Origin: Aeropyrum pernix K1
GTDB lineage: Archaea > Thermoproteota > Thermoprotei_A > Sulfolobales > Acidilobaceae
NCBI RefSeq assembly: GCF_000011125.1
Contig: NC_000854.2
Coordinates: 30,001 to 62,000, forward strand
Reading direction: 5' to 3'
DNA: 32,000 bases
The notes under the pieces are model-generated. The model was given only the letters and a program-made list of their open reading frames with translations, was not told where the DNA came from and ran no database searches. This document shows positions 1 to 8,900 of the stretch, one piece after another; position 1 is the first letter of the stretch; every line of letters starts with the position of its first letter. Both the position numbers and the translations under genes were made by a program.

Positions 1-2
1 CG

Positions 3-668
3 GTGACAGCTATAATGGGGCCGTCAGGCAGCGGGAAGAGCACACTCATCAGAGTAATAAACAGGCTAATCGACCTTATCCCTGGCGCCAGGGTAGAGGG
101 GGAAGTTTGGATAAACAACATGAACGTCATGAAAGAAGACCCATACAACATAAGGAGGTATACTGGGATGGTGTTTCAGGAGCCAAATCCCTTCCCCCAC
201 ATGACTATATACGAGAACGTCGCCATAGGCCCAAAGCTCCATGGATTGGCTAAGAATAAAAAGGAGTTGGACGAGATAGTGGAATGGGCTCTCAAGATGG
301 CACATCTGTGGGACGAGGTCAAGGACAGGCTAAGCGACTACCCTCATCAGCTGAGCGGTGGGCAGAGGCAGAGGCTAAGCCTAGCACGCGCTCTAGCACT
401 CAAACCTAGGGTTCTTCTGCTTGACGAGCCTACCGCCAACATAGATCCGGTGTCTACCGTCAAGATAGAACAGTCTATAGTAGAATACGCAAAGGAGGAG
501 ATGGCAACGGTGATCATAGTAACTCACACTCCGCAGCAGGCGGCAAGGATATCTGACCAGATACTATTCCTCTACGAAGGCAGGGTGATAGAGTACGGGC
601 CCACTAAAGAGCTAGTGCTCAGGCCTAGACACGAGCTAACCAAGAAGTTCCTCGGAGGTGAGGTCTAG
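3..668 (+). CDS. pstB: Phosphate ABC transporter ATP-binding protein PstB (5' end cut by window edge)
   Basis: The ORF runs from the window edge. Walker [13 protein letters not shown] signature [15 protein letters not shown], Walker B LLLDEPT. It is followed by phoU with a 1-nt stop/start overlap. Confidence 0.9.
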   Translation: MTAIMGPSGSGKSTLIRVINRLIDLIPGARVEGEVWINNMNVMKEDPYNIRRYTGMVFQEPNPFPHMTIYENVAIGPKLHGLAKNKKELDEIVEWALKMAHLWDEVKDRLSDYPHQLSGGQRQRLSLARALALKPRVLLLDEPTANIDPVSTVKIEQSIVEYAKEEMATVIIVTHTPQQAARISDQILFLYEGRVIEYGPTKELVLRPRHELTKKFLGGEV

Positions 669-1273
669 TGAGTGTAGAGCCGGCGAGAAGGGACCTCGAA
701 GCTATATATTCGAACCTCGACAGAATGTACAACATTGTTGTGAAGATAGTTGCAGACACGCTGAGGAGCCTAGAGGAGTGGAGCATTAATGAGGCGCTCG
801 AGGACCACCTATACCTGGCAGAGAACCTCTCGGCCGTCGTTGAGGAGCAGGCTACATTCTTCATAGCAAAGTATCAGCCTCTAGGCCCCGAACTCCTCGA
901 GGCCAAGTCGCTGATAAGAACCTCCTATGATCTCTACAGGATAGCGAGGTACTGCAGAGAGATAAATCGAGTTATAGCCTATACGAGCAGAGGAGGCAGG
1001 ACCCTGAAACCCTCTCAGCAGGTGAGAAAGGCAGCGGAGATAGTGGCCTCCATGGTTGGAGATGCATACAAGGCCTACAGATCCAGGGACAATGAGCTAC
1101 GAAGGAAAGTTGAAGAGACAGACAACATGATAGACAAGATATACGATGCGATGCTCGAGAGGATAGGGAAAGTAGAATCGCTGAGTCAGACCGAAGCGGT
1201 AGACCTCCTCATAGTAAGGCATCTAGAGAGGATTGCAGACCACGCAGTCTATATTGCCAGGCAAGCCGAATAG
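668..1273 (+). CDS. phoU: PhoU-family phosphate transport regulator
   Basis: GTG start overlaps the pstB stop (TAGTG). Helical 201-aa protein with the PhoU-type C-terminal motif RHLERIADHAVYIA. Sits directly after pstB. Confidence 0.8.
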   Translation: MSVEPARRDLEAIYSNLDRMYNIVVKIVADTLRSLEEWSINEALEDHLYLAENLSAVVEEQATFFIAKYQPLGPELLEAKSLIRTSYDLYRIARYCREINRVIAYTSRGGRTLKPSQQVRKAAEIVASMVGDAYKAYRSRDNELRRKVEETDNMIDKIYDAMLERIGKVESLSQTEAVDLLIVRHLERIADHAVYIARQAE

Positions 1274-1406
1274 TCATGAGAGAACCTGTGATAAGAGTCC
1301 CCGAAGAATCGAGATGAGAGCAAAGGCCTCTAATTTTATACTAGAGCGTACAAAGAACGTCAGAGGTCCTCAAACATAACCCCGAACGATAAGAGGCTTC
1401 CATCGC

Positions 1407-1934
1407 CTATTGTTCAACAACAGCCTTCTCACTATCGTATGCGGCATGGCAACCTTTCAGAATAGCGTTAACAGTAACCACTGGCAACGACTCCTCGCCC
1501 GCCGGAGTCAGCAGAACGAGCTCCTCCCCCGGCCTGTACACACCATCTACCACAACTGTGTCCTCAAACACCGGACTCCCCCCGTACCGGGCTGTAAAAG
1601 AATCCAGCTCGTATAGTGCTGCGACCTTGTAGCCCTTCTCCCCCTCCATAACGAAGAAGGCATAGCTACTGCCTGAACCGTCCGTTGGCATGAGTATTCC
1701 ATAAGCACCACGAGCTTCGAGCGTGTAGGTCTTACCCCCGTAGATTACCGTGGCCGTGCCATACCCCAGGTATGCGACTCCAGCCTGAACGGTGACTCTC
1801 GAGGCCCTAGTCACCGACTGAAGAGTGGACACATCGCTGTACTCTGAAGTATATATAGCATACGCCCCAATCGCTATGAAAACTAGCGCTAGAACAGCAG
1901 CGATAGCTATGGTCCTCAGCAAGGCCGAAGGCAC
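1407..1934 (-). CDS. ccmE: CcmE-like heme chaperone, archaeal CxxxY variant (membrane-anchored OB-fold protein)
   Basis: One N-terminal TM helix (IAIAAVLALVFIAIGAYAIY), a beta-rich body, and a C-terminal KGCHAAYD motif. Cys162 is at 1449-1451 and Tyr166 at 1437-1439, the position where canonical CcmE has HxxxY. Confidence 0.55.
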   Translation of the reverse strand: MPSALLRTIAIAAVLALVFIAIGAYAIYTSEYSDVSTLQSVTRASRVTVQAGVAYLGYGTATVIYGGKTYTLEARGAYGILMPTDGSGSSYAFFVMEGEKGYKVAALYELDSFTARYGGSPVFEDTVVVDGVYRPGEELVLLTPAGEESLPVVTVNAILKGCHAAYDSEKAVVEQ

Positions 1935-2016
1935 ACCTCCGGACCATTGTAAATGTTTTATCCAGTGTTTATCTTGGTTTCAACATATTTTGCTCCAAGG
2001 CTAATCTAAGAAACGC

Positions 2017-2898
2017 TTACTGCTGGCCTGGTGTCTTCACTATCTGATTTCTGAGAGGCGGCAGACCGGAAACTCTGACCTCCAACTCGTCACCATGCCG
2101 CAGGTAGCGGGGAGGCTTTCTTGCGTGGCCTACGCCAGGAGGAGTCCCTGTGAACACTATGTCTCCGGGTCTCAAGGTAGCTAAGGCAGATAGCCTGCTA
2201 ACCATATCTGGTATGCTTACTATCATATCGCCTGTACACCCCCTCTGGACTTTCTCTCCGTTAAGCCAGGTATGAACACACAAGCCGTCCAAGTCGTCCG
2301 GAGAATCTATTATGGTGGCCACAGGACCGACAGGCCCGTAGGTATCCAGACCTTTAGCCATGCTCCAGCTCATCATATCTTGTAAGAGCCTATCGGTTAT
2401 GTCAGCACCGGCTGTGTATCCTGCTATTGCTTTTCCAGCTTCTGCGGTAGAAGCATTCTTAATCCTCTTGCCGATGATGATTACAATCTCCCCCTCATAG
2501 TCGGGCTTCTCGGAAACCGGAGGAACCACCACAGGGTTTAAGTGTCCGGTAAGGCTTGTCACGGGTTTAGAGAAGAATGCAATCTGCTTAGACATCCCCA
2601 TCTCCCTAGCGTGCTCCGCATAGCTTCTTCCAACACCCCAGGCTGATACTGGAGAAACGGGTGGTGCCAGCTTATTGTCGAGCGTTACACAGTCTCCAGT
2701 GAGGCTTTTAGACAGCTTGTCAAAAACGCTGTGAGGATTGAAGTAGAACCCCCTTAAACCGCCGACGGCGTTCTGCACCCACCCCTCTACAGTTTCGATA
2801 CATCCTTTTCGTGTATTATATATGCCCATTAAAGGCCCTAAGGGTGTATCCACAGCTCCTACTACCATATCCGCCAAGTTCCTAACCCCAGCACTCAC
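2017..2898 (-). CDS. Fumarylacetoacetate hydrolase (FAH) family protein
   Basis: Motifs KPDYEGEIVIIIGKR and GDIVFTGTPPGVG are typical of the FAH / 2-keto-4-pentenoate hydratase family. GTG start. Confidence 0.85.
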   Translation of the reverse strand: MSAGVRNLADMVVGAVDTPLGPLMGIYNTRKGCIETVEGWVQNAVGGLRGFYFNPHSVFDKLSKSLTGDCVTLDNKLAPPVSPVSAWGVGRSYAEHAREMGMSKQIAFFSKPVTSLTGHLNPVVVPPVSEKPDYEGEIVIIIGKRIKNASTAEAGKAIAGYTAGADITDRLLQDMMSWSMAKGLDTYGPVGPVATIIDSPDDLDGLCVHTWLNGEKVQRGCTGDMIVSIPDMVSRLSALATLRPGDIVFTGTPPGVGHARKPPRYLRHGDELEVRVSGLPPLRNQIVKTPGQQ

Positions 2899-2927
2899 TA
2901 TTACGGTTATTCTGATTATAAGATGAA

Positions 2928-2993
2928 GCTATTTTAGGCTATTTTGGTCCAATACAGGAAGACACAATGTTACACATTGAGTGTTAACACATT
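2928..2993. repeat. Short repeat cluster upstream of the FAH gene: GCTATTTT x2, TGTTACACATT / TGTTAACACATT, and the palindrome GTGTTAACAC
   Basis: GCTATTTT at 2928-2935 and 2938-2945. An 11/12-nt imperfect direct repeat at 2968-2978 and 2982-2993. A 10-bp perfect palindrome at 2981-2990. Confidence 0.3.
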
Positions 2994-3057
2994 TTTACGG
3001 CATCCTGGAGAACGCTGTTGCTTGAACAGGATACCCCTAATAGCCCCTATAAACCTA

Positions 3058-3600
3058 CTAACTTGACTTGCTAAAAAGCCTGGACAGTAATTCCAGGCAC
3101 ACCCCAACCAGGCTCCATGAAGCTATGGAGGTTAGAATGATAACCCATGGGACTCTAAGGAATACGGGTATCGTATAATGAGCATAAGGGCTTGTGGGGT
3201 CGCCTAAAGACTCTATAGCGGCATCATAGACAAAGTAGCCCAGTTCAACTGCTGGTAGGTTATAGTAGAGTGCGAGTTCGCTGTTAATACTCCAAAATGC
3301 TGTTGCTATAAATCCTGAGAGAGTACCTGCAATAGAGTATCCTAATAGCTTCGGATAGGGGAGCCTTCCTTCCATAAAATCTGCTGCTAGAAGACCCATT
3401 ACTAGTATAGAGCCCAGAGATACTAGTCCTACGGGTACAAGGATAGAGGCAAGTGTTAATATAAGGGCCGAGGCTATAACGAGAAGGGCGCTCCTTCCTA
3501 GCCCCCTCTGTTTGAAACGGTAAGCTAAGGCTACGTATGGTGCATATACCACGAGGGTAAACGCGATAAGCGTTGTTACAACACCCATATTATCCACCAT
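3058..3600 (-). CDS. Hypothetical integral membrane protein
   Basis: 180-aa ORF that is almost entirely hydrophobic helices. No recognisable family. AT-richer than its neighbours. Confidence 0.6.
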   Translation of the reverse strand: MVDNMGVVTTLIAFTLVVYAPYVALAYRFKQRGLGRSALLVIASALILTLASILVPVGLVSLGSILVMGLLAADFMEGRLPYPKLLGYSIAGTLSGFIATAFWSINSELALYYNLPAVELGYFVYDAAIESLGDPTSPYAHYTIPVFLRVPWVIILTSIASWSLVGVCLELLSRLFSKSS

Positions 3601-3673
3601 TTAGGAGATATTTCTGCAAAATCATAATAAGTAGGACTGTAATAAGAAAACTTCATTTACACGGAAGCGTGTA

Positions 3674-4966
3674 TCAGATCCACACAATCAACGTTATAAT
3701 GTAATGAATTATCAGCGACGTAAAGGCGAAGGTTAGACTGTATTTCAGGAACTCAAGAGCCCTCACCCTATGCCCCTCTCTATCAGACATTGCCACGGCC
3801 ACATAGAGCGCTGGAGCCGCTGCTGTGGTTGCATTACTCGCCAAAGTTGCACTCCATGCCATACCCCAATAAATATTCCAAGGATCTATCCCGGCGAGGC
3901 TGGCAGCATCCTTTACGATGTAGAGGAAAGTCAAAAGAAGAGCATCATGCTCTATAACAAGCGAGAGTAATCCGACAGACCAGTACATAACTGTGTATGC
4001 TATAGCAGGGTCCGAGGAAACACTGCCGACGAGTAAACGGGCAATCTCCTCAATTACGCCTTCAGACTCTAGACCACCGACAAGGCTGAACAATGCAGCA
4101 TAGAATAGAAGAGCCCGCCACTCGACGTGTTTAAGAGCGTTTTCAAACTCCACCATACCCGCTAGGCCAAGCCTTCTGAGGACCTCCACGGTTAAGGCTA
4201 GCTGTGATGCTCCTGCCATTGTTATAAAGCCTAGGGGGAATCCCAGGAGGGGTCTTAAAGCCATGGCGATGACTGTCATTGTGAAGAAGGTTAGGGATAT
4301 GATGAGCAGGCCTCCCCTGTTAGTGCTTTCACCTGAGAGTCCAGCATCGTCTATACGAGAGTTTGGCTCTCTTCTGATGAACAAGATGTAGAAGACTCCC
4401 AAGGTAAGTAGGAACGTCGCTGTCAAGAGGGGGAAACTACTTGGCTTCCCACGTGTCCATATGAAGTCTAGAAACTCGGCCCCCGCTATTGTGTGAAGAA
4501 GCTGCGGCGGCAGGTCACCCATCAGTAGGGCTGTACCCATGAAGTTTGCCGAAAAACCTACTAGGAGGATTGCTAGAACAGGGTTGCCCCCCGCCTTCTT
4601 AGCAGCCGCTATTGTGAGGGAGCCCACAAGGAGGATAACGAGAACGTTGTCTATGAACATGGATATGAAGCCGGAGAGAAGAGCCATATATAGTAGAAAC
4701 TTCCTATAGGTTCCAGCGCTTCTAGATACCAGCCTTATCGTAGCCTCTGTGAACCCCCCTTCAATCATGTACCCGGCAATGATCCACATGCCAAGCAGGA
4801 TTGCTATTACATTCCACTCAACAAAGTTGAAAGCCTCCTCAGGTGTATAGTTCGTTAATAGTATCAGGGCTGTTACTCCTGCTAGGGCGGCGGCTACTTC
4901 GTCCACATATCTAGAAACAACTAGCATTATCGTCAAAGTGAAAAGCAGCGCGGCTACCAGGTCCAT
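3674..4966 (-). CDS. ArsB/NhaD (CitMHS-like) superfamily anion/ion permease
   Basis: 430-aa polytopic membrane protein. Its N-terminal half resembles ArsB/NhaD-type permeases (EWNVIAILLGMWII, FISMFIDNVLVILL, GDLPPQLL). Confidence 0.75.
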   Translation of the reverse strand: MDLVAALLFTLTIMLVVSRYVDEVAAALAGVTALILLTNYTPEEAFNFVEWNVIAILLGMWIIAGYMIEGGFTEATIRLVSRSAGTYRKFLLYMALLSGFISMFIDNVLVILLVGSLTIAAAKKAGGNPVLAILLVGFSANFMGTALLMGDLPPQLLHTIAGAEFLDFIWTRGKPSSFPLLTATFLLTLGVFYILFIRREPNSRIDDAGLSGESTNRGGLLIISLTFFTMTVIAMALRPLLGFPLGFITMAGASQLALTVEVLRRLGLAGMVEFENALKHVEWRALLFYAALFSLVGGLESEGVIEEIARLLVGSVSSDPAIAYTVMYWSVGLLSLVIEHDALLLTFLYIVKDAASLAGIDPWNIYWGMAWSATLASNATTAAAPALYVAVAMSDREGHRVRALEFLKYSLTFAFTSLIIHYIITLIVWI

Positions 4967-5034
4967 AGCAGATTCCCAGGAGGCTCGAAGACGTTGTCAA
5001 GGTTTTAAAACTTAATCTATTACTGCTCGGGCAT

Positions 5035-5796
5035 CTACTCTTTCTTCCTCCTCTCTAGGAACAGCCGCATCCTCTCCTTAGCCTCCTTAGTTAGAACGAG
5101 CTCGGCAAGCCTGTTCACCATGTTCTCCAGCTCAACTCTATAAGGTTCTACTGTGGCCCGGCGTATCTCTGCCACGGACTGGTCTGGTATTAAGCCAAGC
5201 GACTCCGCCACCTCTAAAGCCTTAGCCTCGAGTTCTCCGGGCTCGACAACATCATCTACTAACCCCATAGCTTTAGCCTCCTCGACATCCAGCTTTGCCC
5301 CCGTTATTCCCAGCATTCTGGCTTTCCTCTCCCCGAAAACGCTCCTACCGAGTGTTGACAGGAGGGGAGGGATAAGGCCTATGTGAGACTCTGGGAAGGC
5401 AAACCACGCCTCCCTGGAGGCTAGAACCACGTCTGCGAGTAGAAGAATCTCGGCGCCCCCTCCTACGGCCAGCCCGTTGACAGCAGCCACTATGGGCCTT
5501 CTACAGCGTGCCATAGCCTCTAAGGCTCCGTGCAGTGTTTTGAAGAAGGACAGGGAGTCTTCAAGACTTTCCAACGAGTACATGCTCCGGATATCGTCGC
5601 CAGAGCTAAAAGCCCTGCCACTACCCGTTATGACTACAGCCTTGATCCCGCTCCTACAAGCTTTACGGAGATACTCGCCCAGTTGCATCCACGCCTCTAG
5701 ATTCAGGGCGTTGAGCTTTTCAGGCCTGTTGAGCCGGATTATGGCAACCCCGTTTCTTTCCTCGTAAATAACAGGGGCTTGCCCCAAAGGTAGCAC
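5035..5796 (-). CDS. Enoyl-CoA hydratase/isomerase (crotonase) family protein
   Basis: RLNRPEKLNAL, ITGSGRAFSSGDDI and AAVNGLAVGGGAEILL are classic crotonase-fold oxyanion-hole motifs. Confidence 0.85.
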   Translation of the reverse strand: MLPLGQAPVIYEERNGVAIIRLNRPEKLNALNLEAWMQLGEYLRKACRSGIKAVVITGSGRAFSSGDDIRSMYSLESLEDSLSFFKTLHGALEAMARCRRPIVAAVNGLAVGGGAEILLLADVVLASREAWFAFPESHIGLIPPLLSTLGRSVFGERKARMLGITGAKLDVEEAKAMGLVDDVVEPGELEAKALEVAESLGLIPDQSVAEIRRATVEPYRVELENMVNRLAELVLTKEAKERMRLFLERRKKE

Positions 5797-5925
5797 CTGA
5801 AGTCTTATTGTGAGTACGCTAGGGATTATGTCGATAGCATGTAATTGGAGCCTATACGATATTGGGCTAGACTATATCCTTCATAAGGACCTCGTGTTAA
5901 GGTATTCATAAGAGGTGTTAGTTGT

Positions 5926-8900
5926 TTGAATGGGAACCGCCTTAGCCCAGTTAAACTCGCCATTCTCGCTGCTATAGTGTTAGCTGCAGTTTCGTCATAT
6001 ACGGCAGTGGCCGAGAGTGTCAATATTATTCCCGAAGACGATTATCAGTCGGGCCTTGTAGAAGTTGTAATTGAAGGTTTGGACACAGGAGTTTCTTACA
6101 CCATAGCTGTTGAAGGAGGAGCGGTTATCGTAGCTGTTGCTGGCAATGTGAATGTAGCTAGCTACAGTGAAAATAGTGTCGAACTTGTTACAGGGGATGG
6201 ATTAGCGACAGTGTACGTTTACGCCAGGGAGCCGAGAGTCTATACAGTTAGCTTGTACAGTGGTGGGGAGAAGGTCGCCCAGGCTAGCTTTGAGATCCAA
6301 CAGCTCTCTGGAGAAAGTGACCCACCTCCCGATATAGTTGTAGACGACTCTCTCGAGCTCGCAGTATCCACATCTCTTCTCACCGGGTCCCCACCCCCTA
6401 GCGGTGTCGAAATCCTGGCACCATTCATCCCTAGTTCGGATGGAGCGGCGGTTGTTTATGTTACAGGTTCCATAACAGTTGACGACCGTGTATCAATTAG
6501 TGTAGATACTAATAAGACGAGGGAATACGGCGTCGATGCTCTACTTTTAATAGGGGCTTCGGGGGGCGTTCCGGGGGAGAAAGCCGACATTACCGTGCAG
6601 CAAGGCGCTGTGTTGGGGTTTAAAGCTAGTGGCGACAGCGGATTCGTGGTAAAGCTATCCTCTTTCAACTTAACCCTAGATGGGGTGTTGGAAGTTAGAC
6701 TCGGAGGGCTTACAGGGCTTGAACTAGAATATCTTACAATTAAGGATGCCTCGAGAGGGCGTGTGAAGCTCTTTCTCCCCTCCTACAGTTCCCTCGGGGA
6801 TGCATTGGCCACTGGAAACTATATTTCACTTCATAATGTAGAAGGCTTTATTAACGTTGTCCAAGTAAACTCGGATCCGGGGAAAATACTAGCGGTAAGG
6901 CTAGAGTTATCAGGGCCTCCATGGCCTGGCCTCGAGCTGGTCTCCAAGCACCATAATGTTCCACTATACATTGTTGAGGGGCCAGCGTCTCAAATGGAGT
7001 TTCTGAGAATAAGGGGCGTCGGCGTTCTTGCCCTAGAGCCGGACAGCATATTAAAACTAAAACTCCCGCTGGAGGTTGTACTCGAGGGTAGCTACTTCGT
7101 TAAGCAGCTACCTCTCGCCGCAGTTACAGTTGCATCAACACACCCCACCGAGGACCTCCCTCTACTGCTAGCCCCCAGCGTTGAAGTCTCCTCAAAATCG
7201 GGGTCTGGAGGCTACTTCGCAATAGCAGGTATTTGGTTGGAAGCCGAAGACATGTCTATCGGCAATGAAGGAAGCCTCTATTTAACAGCTTTATCGTACG
7301 CTAAACTCGACGTTGATACCGCATCAATCAACAGCTCCACGACAATTATCGGAAGACCTCCAGAGGGGATCCTGCCGGTGGCTCCACCTGAAGCCGATAC
7401 TATATTAAATACCGTCGATCTCAATGTAGAGGCTGAAGAGATAATTGCTCGAGACGCTATACTCAAGGCTGAAGACATAGAATTCGTCGCAGGCTCAGGA
7501 GGCATAACGATGGGTGCTGTGCTCGCCGAGGCTCAGAACCTCTCCCTCAAATCTAACGGAGATGCAGTATCGGCTACTGTAAGCGCGTCGAGCCTGCTAG
7601 TAGGCGACATTGTCTTGTCCAACAACATTGAAGCGGTATTCTCAACGACCATATTGACCTCGCCCATAGAAACTAGAATCAGCCTTGGCCGCAACACCAG
7701 CCTTACAACCTACTCCCTTCTCTCACACTCGCCTCTAATCGTAAGCGGGAGTACAAACGGCTCTTCAACATTTACCGGGACGGCAAGCGTATCAACTAAG
7801 CTGGGGCTGTTCAACCTCAATACTCCAGATCTCACAATATACGTTTCCAGCGGAGTCCTGGAGCTGGAAGCCTACAAAACACGCGGTTCAATCACGATTA
7901 TGAGAGAAGGCAAGGCAAGCATAGAATTGAACACACCGGATAGCCAGCTAAGCCTCCTCATAGCCATTTGGGGAGGGTCTATAACACTGGAAGATTCCTC
8001 GTTTAAGAAGTTTACGGTCAAAACCACTCGGGATGATCTAACAATATTCATGAAGGGTGTTGTGAGGGTTTATGAGGAGGCTTCCTTTGAAGTGTCATAC
8101 TGGTCAAAGCTACGTGTAAAGGGTGTTGACGGCGAGCTATCTGCATCCAGCCTTATCATGACAGCGCCCGAGGGGGAGATAACGCTAGAAGATACTCTAA
8201 TATCTGGTGTAAACAACTTTAGAGTGGACGAAAGTGAAGCCATGCCATACAGGTTTGAAACCTCAAACGTGACAGTAGAAGGAGGCAGCAACTCCGCTAT
8301 AACAGTTAAGAGTGTCGAGACAATCATATCATCCACTACAATCAACGCAACAGTAATCACAGTACTGAGCGAAACCGCCTCCATAGAGGGAAGCTCTATA
8401 CAGGGGAGAACCCTAAATATTCAGGCGTCAAACGGCCTGGTGCTCCAGGATAATACGCTTAGGGGAGAGGTCAACACTATCCTATCCTCGCAGACAGGTA
8501 GTGTTGAAGTTAAAAAGCTCACAGTCGAGGGGTGTAGCCAAATTACGTTAGATGGAGTCGAGGGCTACGTAGAGTTCTCAGCCTCCTGCGGAGGCCAATC
8601 TACCCTCGCTATACAATTCAACGGAGGTGTTTACACCCTTACAGGAGAAGTAGAAGGTGAGCTAGAGGTATCTCTATCTAACGGCGCTCGCCTGACTATG
8701 AGCATGCTGGAAGTTAAGGGAGGCGGCTTAAGGATTGTTGGTGGAGAAGACACTGTAGTAGAAGGAAGTGCTTCGCTAGTTGTTGAATGTATAGCCAGGG
8801 CATCCGCAACGTCGTTAGAGGTTTCCGGGTTAACTGCTGATCTTAATATTGTTGTACGAGGCGCTATGGAGCCTATATGTGTAGACTTGGTAGCATCCCC

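Noticed and set aside
1946-1954. ATTGTAAAT upstream of ccmE matching one arm of the 11126-11146 palindrome
   Set aside because: It is a single 9-nt half-site in AT-rich promoter DNA only 12-20 nt from the start codon. It is most simply a TATA-like sequence and is not evidence for a shared operator.
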